15,285 bases of DNA from Longivirga aurantiaca (GCF_042660085.1 NZ_JBHSTI010000065.1:1-15285); one strand, 5' to 3'; positions 7,642-15,277 are shown, counted from the stretch's first letter. Translations and numbers: made by a program. The notes: generated by a model not told the origin, from the sequence alone.

Positions 7642-9738
7642 ATGAACATCAACGCACGAGCCCGGAGGGCCGTCGGCACCATCGCCGCCGGGACCCTTCT
7701 CGTGGCAGGCCTCGCCGCAGTGTCGGCGCCGCTCGCATCCGCTGCTCCGCCGGCACCCGTTTCGGGCGCCGTGAGCACCACCATCAACGCCAACGCCGAC
7801 CTCGACGTCGCCGGTGGCGTGACCCTGGAAGACCTCTGCAAGAACGGCAACCCCGAGGTCAACTGCAACCAGTACGGCGACAAGTCGTACGTCTGGCTCT
7901 CGGGCCTGCCGGACAGCGCGGGCGTCAACGACGGAACGTACTTCTTCGCCGTGGTCGTCCCAGGGGGGCAGGGCGCGAACGCCACCGCCAACCCCAACGA
8001 CGGCACGGACAAGAACCTGTCTGACACCGTCGCCGCACCGTGGACCTCCGGCGACCTGAACGCCGACGGCACGGCCGTCGGCTCGGGCGACGCCTACACC
8101 AACCGCACCTTCACCGTGACGAACGGCGTCATCAGCTACAGCGGCTCGCACACGTTCGACGACAACAAGATCCGTCTGATGCCGTACGACGACACCACGA
8201 ACCCGGGCGGCGTCTACATCCTCGCGGTCTGCAAGATCGCCGGAGAGCTCGACACCGCCTTGGGCCTCCCGGGTGTGAACCCGTCGACGTGCAAGTACGA
8301 CGCGTTCATGGTGCGGACGGGCGACGAGGAGCGGCCGCCGGCCGCCGACCTCACCGTGGTCAAGGACGCCGAGGGCTCGTACGACACCACGTACGCGTGG
8401 GAGATCGACAAGTCCGTGGTGGGTCCCGACGAGATCAAGAAGGTCGGCGGCAACGCCACCTTCAACTACAAGGTCGAGGTCACGCACGACGACGGCACGG
8501 TCTCGGACATCAAGGTCACCGGTGAGATCACGGTGACCAACCCCAACGACGCCGCAGTCTCCGGGGTCGACATCGACGACGTCCTCAGCGACGGCACCGT
8601 CTGCACCGTGACCGGCGGAACGGACGCGACCATCCCGGGCTCTGCGGGCGGCGAGCCCGGTGAGGCGACCTTCGCGTACGAGTGCGATCTCTCCGCGCTC
8701 CCGGCCGACGATGAGCCGCTCTCGAACGTCGTCACGGTCACCTGGCCCGACCAGGACCTCGGCGATGCCGGGTACCTGCTCGGCGGCTACGCCCAGAACA
8801 TGTTCGAGGAGATCGTGTTCACCGGCACGGACGTGAACGGCTGCGTCGTGGTCGATGACTCGTTCCACCTCTCCACGGTCGCTGCTCCCGCCGGCACCGT
8901 CCTCGCCACCGTGTGCGCCGACGGCACGTCGTCCGGCGTGTCCGCGAGCAACCCGGCGGTCTCCGTCGCGTACGCGGCAGCCACCGCCACCACGCCGGGC
9001 ACGTTCACCCTCACCTACGGGCGAACCGTGCCGGTCCCGACGTACGGCTGCGTGCAGTACGACAACACCGCGACGTTCACCGCCACCGATGACGACGAGG
9101 TCACGGGTGAGGACAGCGCCTCGGTGACGGTCTGCGGGCCGATCAACACGGGCGCGAAGACGATGGGCTTCTGGCAGAACAACAACGGCCAGAGGATCGT
9201 CGCCGGCGCGGGCACCCCGTCGGGCTCCACGGTCTGCAAGCTGACGCCGTTCCTGCGCGGCTACGCGCCGTTCCAGGACCTCTCGGCAACGGCTCCGTGC
9301 GGCACCGCGGTCACCTCGCTCAACGGCGGCGTGAAGACCGACACGGTCACCAGGTACGTCTACTCGGTGATCAAGGCGGCGAACGCGAGCGGTGCGTCGA
9401 TGAACGCGATGCTCAAGGCGCAGATGCTGGCGACGGCGCTCGACGTCTACTTCTCCGACCCGGCCAACGGCAACCCGCTCGGCGCGCCGCAGGCACTCGG
9501 CGGAGTGACGATCGACCTGACGGCCATCTGCGCTGACGCGGCGGCCTGCTCGTCGTTCGAGGACGTCTCGTCGGCGTTCGGCGGCGCGACGTATGCCACC
9601 GTGAGCCAGCTGCTCGCGTACGCCGCGAGCCAGTCGAACCAGGGCGGCAGCTACTGGTACGAGAACGTGAAGTCCGTCCAGGAGCTGGCGAAGGACACGT
9701 TCGACGCGATCAACAACAACAAGGTGTTCGCTCCCTGA
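7642..9738 (+). CDS. Secreted multidomain protein of unknown function (698 aa; signal peptide, Cys-paired beta-rich repeats, helical C-terminal domain)
   Basis: N-terminal signal peptide MNINARARRAVGTIAAGTLLVAGLAAVSAPLASA|APPAP. The middle part has Ig-like/beta-sandwich style segments (DLTVVKDAEGSYDTTYAWEIDKSV...NATFNYKVEVTHDDGTVSDIKVTGEITVTNPN, and a second unit ending ...TATFTATDDDEVTGEDSASVTVCGP). The C-terminal ~200 aa starts TMGFWQNNNGQ and contains MLKAQMLATALDVYF. There are many cysteines in apparent pairs, no LPXTG, and no catalytic motif that I recognise. High GC3 throughout. Confidence 0.85.
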   Translation: MNINARARRAVGTIAAGTLLVAGLAAVSAPLASAAPPAPVSGAVSTTINANADLDVAGGVTLEDLCKNGNPEVNCNQYGDKSYVWLSGLPDSAGVNDGTYFFAVVVPGGQGANATANPNDGTDKNLSDTVAAPWTSGDLNADGTAVGSGDAYTNRTFTVTNGVISYSGSHTFDDNKIRLMPYDDTTNPGGVYILAVCKIAGELDTALGLPGVNPSTCKYDAFMVRTGDEERPPAADLTVVKDAEGSYDTTYAWEIDKSVVGPDEIKKVGGNATFNYKVEVTHDDGTVSDIKVTGEITVTNPNDAAVSGVDIDDVLSDGTVCTVTGGTDATIPGSAGGEPGEATFAYECDLSALPADDEPLSNVVTVTWPDQDLGDAGYLLGGYAQNMFEEIVFTGTDVNGCVVVDDSFHLSTVAAPAGTVLATVCADGTSSGVSASNPAVSVAYAAATATTPGTFTLTYGRTVPVPTYGCVQYDNTATFTATDDDEVTGEDSASVTVCGPINTGAKTMGFWQNNNGQRIVAGAGTPSGSTVCKLTPFLRGYAPFQDLSATAPCGTAVTSLNGGVKTDTVTRYVYSVIKAANASGASMNAMLKAQMLATALDVYFSDPANGNPLGAPQALGGVTIDLTAICADAAACSSFEDVSSAFGGATYATVSQLLAYAASQSNQGGSYWYENVKSVQELAKDTFDAINNNKVFAP

Positions 9739-9763
9739 TCGGGTGAGCACCTGAGTCGATAGC

Positions 9764-9802
9764 CGTGAAGGCCCGGATCACCTTGTGGTCCGGGCCTTCA
9801 CG
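9764..9802. terminator. Bidirectional intrinsic terminator hairpin shared by the convergent secreted-protein and protease genes
   Basis: Perfect 14-bp inverted repeat CGTGAAGGCCCGGA (9764-9777) / TCCGGGCCTTCACG (9789-9802) with an 11-nt loop. It sits between the stops at 9738 (+) and 9812 (-). Confidence 0.7.
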
Positions 9803-9811
9803 CTGCTGTCG

Positions 9812-11449
9812 TCAGGGGGTCGTGACCACCAGGCTGAAGGAGCACTTGGTGCTGCCGGACACGGTGATCGCCACCTGCGCTGCGGGGACTGCCGCGCTCA
9901 TCCGCAGCACGCTCCCGCCCGTCATCGTGCCGAGGGCGTTGCCTGCCTGATCGGCAACGGTGATCACGAGGCTCGGGCAGCCGAATGTGAGCGACGTGCT
10001 CAGGTCGCCGGCGGCTGCGGCGCTGACGCGGTAGGTGAGCTTGGTCTGCTTACGGTTCAGGCTGCCCGTGAACGTCGAGGTCACGGACGTCGTCGGCGCG
10101 GGGCTGCTCGTCGGCGTCGCCGTCGGGGACGGCTCGACGGCCGTCGGCGTGGGGGACGCGGTGGCCGTCGGGGACGCGGTCGGCGTCGGGGAGGACGACG
10201 GCGACCCGCCGGTCACACCGGCCAGGGCGTCCAGGGCGTCGATGCGGCCGAAGTCCGCCTGCCCGCTGACCGGGTCGGCGCCGACGACGACGGCCGCCTC
10301 GAGCTGCGTGCCCGTCAGGGCCGGCTGTCCCGTCAGGAGCAGTCCCGCGACGCCTGCCACGAACGGCGCTGCCAGCGACGTCCCGCCGACGGTCGAGTAG
10401 CTGCTGAGCGTCGTCGTCGGAAGCCCTGCCGGGGCGGCGACGTCGACCCAGGAGCCGAAGCTGGAGTAGCCCTGCAACGGGTCGCCGGTGAGGTTCGAGG
10501 TCGCCGCGACGGCGACCACTCCGGCGAAGCCTGCGGGGTACGTGATGGCGCTGGACCCGAAGTTGCCTGCCGCCGCGACGACCAGGGCCCCCTTGCTCCT
10601 GGCGTACGCCACGGCGTGCCCGAGCGTCGTGGAGGTGGCCGTACCCGCGAAGCTCACGTTGATGATGCGTGCGCCGTTGTCCGCAGCCCAGGTGATCCCG
10701 GACGCGAGCGAGCTGTCCGATGCCGAGCCGCCGTTCGTGACCTTCACAGGCAGGATGCGGCAGCCGCCGCAGACGCCGATGACGCCGATGCCGTTGTCCG
10801 GCTTCGCGGCTATCAGCCCTGCGATGTATGTGCCGTGGCCGTCCGTGTCGACCGTGTCGGTTCCGCCCGTCAGCACGTTGCGACCCACGAGCACCTGCCC
10901 GGCCAGGTCGGTGTGGGACGCCGCGACGCCGCTGTCGACGACGGCGATCTTCACCGTGGCGCTGCCGTAGCCCACGCTCGTCCAGACCTGATCCGTGCGC
11001 GTGCGCCAGAGCCCCCACTCACCGCCTGCGATCGGTCCGGTCTTGGGGTAGTAGGGATCGTTCGGGGTCGTGGTGGCCTCGCGCTGGGTGTCCGCCTCGA
11101 TGTAGGAGATGCCCCGCGCCCGAAGGAGCCCACGGCTTGCACCGGGCGGAAGCGTGGCTGCGGCGGCGTCGATGTTGTCGTACACCTTCAAGACGCGTCC
11201 GCCCGCCCCCTCGATCGCCCGGATCGCGCCGGGCGCGGAGCCGTCGTCGAAGCCGACGATGACGCGGCCGGACACCTCAACCCCCGCGTCGGCCATGGGA
11301 AGGACGGCGAGCGACCCGGCGGCCATCAGTCCGAGCGAAGCGACACCGGCGACGACACGGGTGGACGCGCGGCGGGCCGGTTCGGGGCGTGCGTGGTTCA
11401 CCGACCGGGTCCTTGCGTGCGAACCGCTGAACTGCTGGGTGTGCTTCAT
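9812..11449 (-). CDS. Secreted S8 family subtilisin-like serine protease with I9-like propeptide, Pro/Thr/Ser linker and C-terminal beta-sandwich domain (545 aa)
   Basis: Catalytic triad contexts are KIAVVDSGV (Asp), DTDGHGTYIAGLIAA (His) and VGGTSLAAPFVAGVAGLL (Ser), with oxyanion Asn in AAAGNFG. The propeptide-like segment is GRVIVGFDDG...YIEADTQ. A PT-rich linker (SPSSSPTPTASPTATASPTPTAVEPSPTATPTSSPAPTT) is followed by a ~100-aa 2-Cys domain. Start chosen at ATG 11449 (MKHTQQFSG...) because GGAGG lies 5 nt upstream and the 40 upstream codons of the track ORF drop to about 67% GC3 by my count. Confidence 0.9.
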   Translation of the reverse strand: MKHTQQFSGSHARTRSVNHARPEPARRASTRVVAGVASLGLMAAGSLAVLPMADAGVEVSGRVIVGFDDGSAPGAIRAIEGAGGRVLKVYDNIDAAAATLPPGASRGLLRARGISYIEADTQREATTTPNDPYYPKTGPIAGGEWGLWRTRTDQVWTSVGYGSATVKIAVVDSGVAASHTDLAGQVLVGRNVLTGGTDTVDTDGHGTYIAGLIAAKPDNGIGVIGVCGGCRILPVKVTNGGSASDSSLASGITWAADNGARIINVSFAGTATSTTLGHAVAYARSKGALVVAAAGNFGSSAITYPAGFAGVVAVAATSNLTGDPLQGYSSFGSWVDVAAPAGLPTTTLSSYSTVGGTSLAAPFVAGVAGLLLTGQPALTGTQLEAAVVVGADPVSGQADFGRIDALDALAGVTGGSPSSSPTPTASPTATASPTPTAVEPSPTATPTSSPAPTTSVTSTFTGSLNRKQTKLTYRVSAAAAGDLSTSLTFGCPSLVITVADQAGNALGTMTGGSVLRMSAAVPAAQVAITVSGSTKCSFSLVVTTP

Positions 11450-11517
11450 CTCGACCTCCGTGCGGGACGTCGTCGGCGCGAGAGGAGCACCGTCGCCCGC
11501 TGCGACTGCCGTAGGAA

Positions 11518-11540
11518 TCGGCTGCTCGCACTCTGTGTCT
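11518..11540 (-). promoter_or_regulatory. Copy of the ACACAGAGTG element upstream of the S8 protease gene
   Basis: The minus strand reads AGACACAGAGTGCGAGCAGCCGA, with the 10-mer at 11538-11529 and its 3' end 79 nt upstream of the ATG at 11449. This is the same orientation relative to its gene as the copies at 7391 and 7486. It shares the downstream AGCCGA with the 7486 copy and CGAGCAG with the 7432 copy. Confidence 0.4.
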
Positions 11541-11784
11541 TGAACGGCAGGAGAGGGTCGCGGCTCCATGAGCCGACCGGGTGCTGTGGCGTGACCGGGT
11601 GCGACATCACCCGTTCGGGCCAGGCATCGGGGCGGTCTGGTCAGGACGATCGAGACACATCGGACAAGGGCCAGGCCGCCCGCGCAGACGCTGCTCGCCG
11701 TGGCGTGGCCGACGCTACGTGCGTCGACTGCGGGCGGTCACCCGCAAGGCCCAGCCGGGGCTCAGGGGAGAGCCGGGCGAGGCG

Positions 11785-12174
11785 TCAGACGACCCAGCCG
11801 TCGGGCAGGAACGGATCGGCCCAGGCGCCGGCGGTCGCGACCGCGACCGCGAGGAGGGCACACGCCGCCCCGATCACCACCAGGCGCACGGCGCGGCGGC
11901 CCTGCCCTCGGGCAAGCGTCACCCAGGAGGCCACGAGGAGCGCGAGCGCCACGACGACCATCGCGAGCAGGGCCCACAGCTGCCGCATCCCCCAGCCCGG
12001 TCGGCACCACGCGGTCAGCCCCACGTCGCAGGACGCGCCCCTGGAGAACGCGGCGCTGAACCAGACGAGCAGGTACGCCGGGAGCAGCAGGAGGACGAGC
12101 CCGGCGACGGTCAGCAGCACGACGGCCACGATCGACGTCGTCGAGGCGCCGTGCGGCTCCGTGGCGGTGCTCAT
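11785..12174 (-). CDS. Small integral membrane protein (129 aa, about 3 TM helices), function unknown
   Basis: Hydrophobic helices: IVAVVLLTVAGLVLLLLPAYLLVWF, LWALLAMVVVALALLVASWVTL, LVVIGAACALLAVAVATAGAW. A Cys pair lies in the first loop (SCDVGLTAWC). High GC3. The ATG at 12174 lacks an obvious SD. The overlapping ORFs in other frames are Arg/Pro-rich. Confidence 0.65.
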   Translation of the reverse strand: MSTATEPHGASTTSIVAVVLLTVAGLVLLLLPAYLLVWFSAAFSRGASCDVGLTAWCRPGWGMRQLWALLAMVVVALALLVASWVTLARGQGRRAVRLVVIGAACALLAVAVATAGAWADPFLPDGWVV

Positions 12175-12231
12175 GCGCCGACGGTAGGACTGAGCGCGCG
12201 GCCGGCGCCGGCAGCGCGGCCGGATCGAGAT

Positions 12232-12259
12232 CGATGTCCGATGCCCGATGTCCGATGCC
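12232..12259. repeat. Tandem heptamer repeat (CGATGYC)x4, equal to a 14-bp unit x2
   Basis: CGATGTC CGATGCC CGATGTC CGATGCC at 12232-12259, preceded by degenerate GATCGA/GATCGAT copies from about 12223. It lies in the divergent region between the membrane-protein gene and the methyltransferase gene. Each unit contains an ATG. Confidence 0.7.
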
Positions 12260-12316
12260 CGGAGAGTTGTCCGTTCGGGGGTGGGCAGCGGCCGCCAGCG
12301 GTGCCACCCTCACGGG

Positions 12317-13156
12317 ATGAGCCCTGACGAGATCGGCACCGAGCACGCCCGTCAGGTCGGCCGGTTGTTCGACGCACTGTCGGCCACCTACGACGCCGTC
12401 GGCGTCGACTTCTTCGGCCCGATCGCCGCGGGCCTGCTCGCCGCGCTACCGCCGGCGCCCGGCGAGCACTGGCTCGACATCGGGGTCGGCCGCGGCGCGG
12501 TGCTGCTGCCTGCGGCCGACGTGATCGGCCAGGACGGCCGCGCTGTCGGCACCGACATCTCCTCCGGGATGCTCGACGTGTGCCGCGACGTGGCCGAGGC
12601 CCGCGGTCTGCCGTTCGTGGAGCTCGTGCAGGACGACGCGCAGACCCCCGCCGTGCACGGGCCGTTCGACACCGTCTCGTCCTCGCTCGTGCTGTTCTTC
12701 CTCACCGATCCGCAGTCGGCGCTGCAGGCGTGGCTCGGGCTGCTGCGTCCCGGCGGCCGGCTCGGCGTGACGACGTTCGGTGCGAACGATCCCCGCTGGG
12801 ACGCCGTCGACGAGGTGTTCACGCCGTACCTCCCGCCCGACCTGCGCGATGCTCGGACGAGCGGTGCGGCCGGCCCGTTCGGATCGGATGCAGGGATGGA
12901 GGCCCTGGTGGCCGCAGCGGGCTTCACCGACGTGCGCACGGTGACCGGTGCCGTCGAGGTGCGGTTCGCCGACGCTGACCAGTGGCACGCTTTCACCTGG
13001 TCGGTCGGCCAGCGGCGGATGTGGATGGGCGTGCCCGAGGATGAGCGCGCCGCCGTGCGCGCCGAGGCCTACGCGCGGCTCGCGTCGTACGCCGACGCGG
13101 ACGGGTCGGTCACGTTCGTCCAAGGTGTGCGGCACACGCTCGCCCTGCGGCCCTGA
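12317..13156 (+). CDS. Class I SAM-dependent methyltransferase (279 aa)
   Basis: Motif I WLDIGVGRGAV, an acidic residue after beta-2 (VGTDIS), and post-I/II segments (FDTVSSSLVLFFL, LRPGGRLGVTTF). Start assigned to ATG 12317 (MSPDEIGTEHARQVGRLFDALSATYD). The in-frame ATG at 12248 inside the heptamer repeat is an alternative, so the start is uncertain. Confidence 0.8.
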   Translation: MSPDEIGTEHARQVGRLFDALSATYDAVGVDFFGPIAAGLLAALPPAPGEHWLDIGVGRGAVLLPAADVIGQDGRAVGTDISSGMLDVCRDVAEARGLPFVELVQDDAQTPAVHGPFDTVSSSLVLFFLTDPQSALQAWLGLLRPGGRLGVTTFGANDPRWDAVDEVFTPYLPPDLRDARTSGAAGPFGSDAGMEALVAAAGFTDVRTVTGAVEVRFADADQWHAFTWSVGQRRMWMGVPEDERAAVRAEAYARLASYADADGSVTFVQGVRHTLALRP

Positions 13157-13162
13157 CGACGG

Positions 13163-13771
13163 TCAGGAGCTGCGGCGCTTGGCCTTGGTGATCCGGGTGG
13201 CGACGAACATGTCGACGGCGTCGTCGGTGAGGCGCCGCCACCGGTTGCCGCCCGGGTCGTTGCTGATCTGCTGCGAGGCGAGGCCGGTGAGCAGCGCCGT
13301 CCAGAGGTCCAGTTCCTTCTGCCGGGAGGCGCCGGCCGCGGCCAGCACCTCCCGCGACCGGTCCAGCATCGCGACCGCCCCGGCGTACGACGTGGGCGAC
13401 GGCTCGAAGCCGGGGATCGTGCGCAGGAAGAGCAGCTGGTAGCGCGCGGCGTCGGCGGCGCAGAAGTCGACGAAGAAGTGCGCGACGCGACGCAGCAGGT
13501 CGAGCGGTGGGCCGGTCCCGTCGACCCGGTCGGCGGCCTCGGCCATCTGCCGGTAGCCGTCGGCGAAGAGCGCGTCGTAGAGGTCGTTCTTGCTGGCGAA
13601 GTAGACGTAGAGCGACGGCGCGCGCATCCCGACGCCGGCCGCGACGTCCCCCAGCGTCCAGCCGGTCAAGCCGCGCTCGGCGGCGAGCCGCCAGGCGACC
13701 TCGAGCACCTCGCGCCGCGTCGTCTGGTGACGCTCGGCCTTGCGGTCCCGTGCTGTGCTCGCCCCTTCCAC
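13163..13771 (-). CDS. TetR/AcrR family transcriptional regulator (202 aa)
   Basis: N-terminal HTH: RREVLEVAWRLAAERGLTGWTLGDVAAGVGMRAPSLYVYFASKNDLYDAL. The C-terminal domain is helical and ligand-type. The GTG start at 13771 abuts an operator-like palindrome, so the mRNA may be leaderless. Confidence 0.88.
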   Translation of the reverse strand: MEGASTARDRKAERHQTTRREVLEVAWRLAAERGLTGWTLGDVAAGVGMRAPSLYVYFASKNDLYDALFADGYRQMAEAADRVDGTGPPLDLLRRVAHFFVDFCAADAARYQLLFLRTIPGFEPSPTSYAGAVAMLDRSREVLAAAGASRQKELDLWTALLTGLASQQISNDPGGNRWRRLTDDAVDMFVATRITKAKRRSS

Positions 13772-13848
13772 CTAACGATCGTAGGCAAACCTCTTGACGT
13801 GAGGCAATGGGGAGATCACCCTAACGTCGTTAGGAAGTACCGATCGGT
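13771..13848. promoter_or_regulatory. Operator-like palindromes in the TetR / MDMPI divergent promoter region
   Basis: Perfect palindrome CCTAACG-T-CGTTAGG at 13820-13834. A related imperfect copy CCTAACGATCGTAGG lies at 13771-13785 (core ACGATCGT). A perfect 10-bp palindrome ACCGATCGGT lies at 13839-13848. Confidence 0.5.
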
Positions 13849-13863
13849 CCCCGGGAGGGCACG

Positions 13864-14601
13864 ATGAGCACGACGACCAGCGAGGTGGCGGCCGTGGACC
13901 ACGACACGTGGATGGATCTGGCGACGACGGAGTATGCGCGCCTGGTCGCCCTGCTGCGCGACCTCGCGCCCGCGGACTGGGCGCGCCCGACCGACTGCAC
14001 CGAGTGGGACGTGCGCGCGATGGTCGCGCACCTCGTGGGGGCGGCCGAGGGCAACGCGCGCATCCGCGAGTCGGTGCGGCAGGCGGTCGTCGGACGCCGG
14101 CGCTTCCCGCGGGAGGTGCTCGTCGACTCCATCAACTGCGTGCAGGTGGCCGACCGCGCCGACCGTGCCGCGGCCGAGCTCGTCGCCGACCTCGAAGACG
14201 CCGGCAGACGCGGGGTCGCGGCCCGCCGTCGGATCCCCGGCTTCGTGCGCGCGGTCGTCGTGCCGATGGGGCCGCCCCTCGGCACCAAGCCGGTCGGCTA
14301 TCTCATGGACCGCATCTACACGCGGGACGCCTGGATGCACCGGATCGACATCGCGCGGGCGACCGGGCGCGACCCGGTAGTCACAGCCGACCACGACGGC
14401 GTTCTCGTGGCCGACCTCGTGGCCGAGTGGGCCACGCTGCACGACGAGCCGTTCGACCTCGTGCTGACGGGCCCGGCGGGACTCCGCCGCTCCCGCGGCG
14501 CGGACGGCGCGCGCCTCGAGCTCGACGCGGTCGAGTTCGCCCGGTGCGCGGCCGGTCGCGCGCCCGCTGCGGGGCTGCTCGGCGTCGCCGTCCCGTTCTG
14601 A
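13864..14601 (+). CDS. Mycothiol-dependent maleylpyruvate-isomerase-like (MDMPI_N / DinB-fold) family protein (245 aa)
   Basis: The N-terminal segment W..LATTEYARLVALLRDLAPADWARPTDCTEWDVRAMVAHLVGAAE matches the actinobacterial MDMPI N-terminal/DinB-like domain pattern (metal-binding His in AHL). The ATG at 13864 has GGGAGGG 4 nt upstream. Confidence 0.78.
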   Translation: MSTTTSEVAAVDHDTWMDLATTEYARLVALLRDLAPADWARPTDCTEWDVRAMVAHLVGAAEGNARIRESVRQAVVGRRRFPREVLVDSINCVQVADRADRAAAELVADLEDAGRRGVAARRRIPGFVRAVVVPMGPPLGTKPVGYLMDRIYTRDAWMHRIDIARATGRDPVVTADHDGVLVADLVAEWATLHDEPFDLVLTGPAGLRRSRGADGARLELDAVEFARCAAGRAPAAGLLGVAVPF

Positions 14602-14887
14602 GAGGTTCGGCGCCGGCTCGACTCCGGGCTGCTGCCAGGCGTAGCGTCGAGGCGCATCCGAGGCCGGGGGGTCGAGATGACGAGCGTTGTCGCTGGTCCG
14701 GCGTACTGCCGTGGCCCCGCCGCCCACGCCCCCCGATCCGGGTACTGGGGGCGATGCGACCGCCTTCGATCAGGTGCTCGCTGAGCCCGCGCCCCGTCGG
14801 TGCCCCGGCCGGCCGCCTTACCGGCCCCGGCACTCCCTTCCCGCAGTGATCGCGCGCCCGCGCGGCGCGCCAGGACGAGGAGCCACC

Positions 14888-15277
14888 ATGCCCCAGATGA
14901 AGATCCAGCACGTGGCGCTGAGCGTCACCGACATCACCAAGAGCGGCCCCTGGTACGAGGAGCTGTTCGGCTTCGCGAAGGTCGCCGAGTTCGCGGAGCC
15001 TGCGCCGATGGCGATCTACATGACGCCCGAGGGCCAGGCGCTCGACCTCCGGCAGGACCCCGACGTCGCGCACGAACGCTTCACCGAGAAGCGGGTCGGT
15101 CTCGACCACCTCGCCTTCGTGTGCGCCGACAAGGCAGAGCTCGATGAGTGGACGGCGCGGATCGCGGAGCTCGGGATCGAGAACACCGGCCCCGAGGTGT
15201 CGCCGTTCGGCACGCACCTGAACTTCCGCGACCCTGACGGCATCCCGCTGGAGTTCTTCCTCCCCGCCTCCGCCTGA
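14888..15277 (+). CDS. VOC (glyoxalase/bleomycin-resistance/dioxygenase) family protein (129 aa)
   Basis: MKIQHVALSVTDITKSGPWYEELFGF...GLDHLAFVCADKAELDEWTARI...HLNFRDPDGIPLEFF is the typical paired beta-alpha-beta-beta-beta VOC pattern. The ATG at 14888 has GAGGAG 5-6 nt upstream. The 67 upstream codons of the track ORF are Pro/Arg-rich and not protein-like. Confidence 0.85.
   Translation: MPQMKIQHVALSVTDITKSGPWYEELFGFAKVAEFAEPAPMAIYMTPEGQALDLRQDPDVAHERFTEKRVGLDHLAFVCADKAELDEWTARIAELGIENTGPEVSPFGTHLNFRDPDGIPLEFFLPASA

Noticed and set aside
11676-11737. Long imperfect inverted repeat (CCGCCCGCGCAG ... CTGCGGGCGG with inner GACGC/GCGTC), 50-110 nt downstream of the small membrane-protein gene. 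Possible terminator.
   Set aside because: It has several bulges and a large interior loop, and it is distant from the stop codon. It is plausible but too weak to call as a feature.
14602-14887. 286-bp gap between the MDMPI-like and VOC genes. It contains a 35-codon ORF (ATG 14677) and a GCGCGCC/GGCGCGC hairpin (14852-14870).
   Set aside because: The ORF has about 68% GC3 by my count and a non-protein-like sequence. The 7-bp GC hairpin is within what random high-GC DNA produces. No repeat or motif is shared with other regions.
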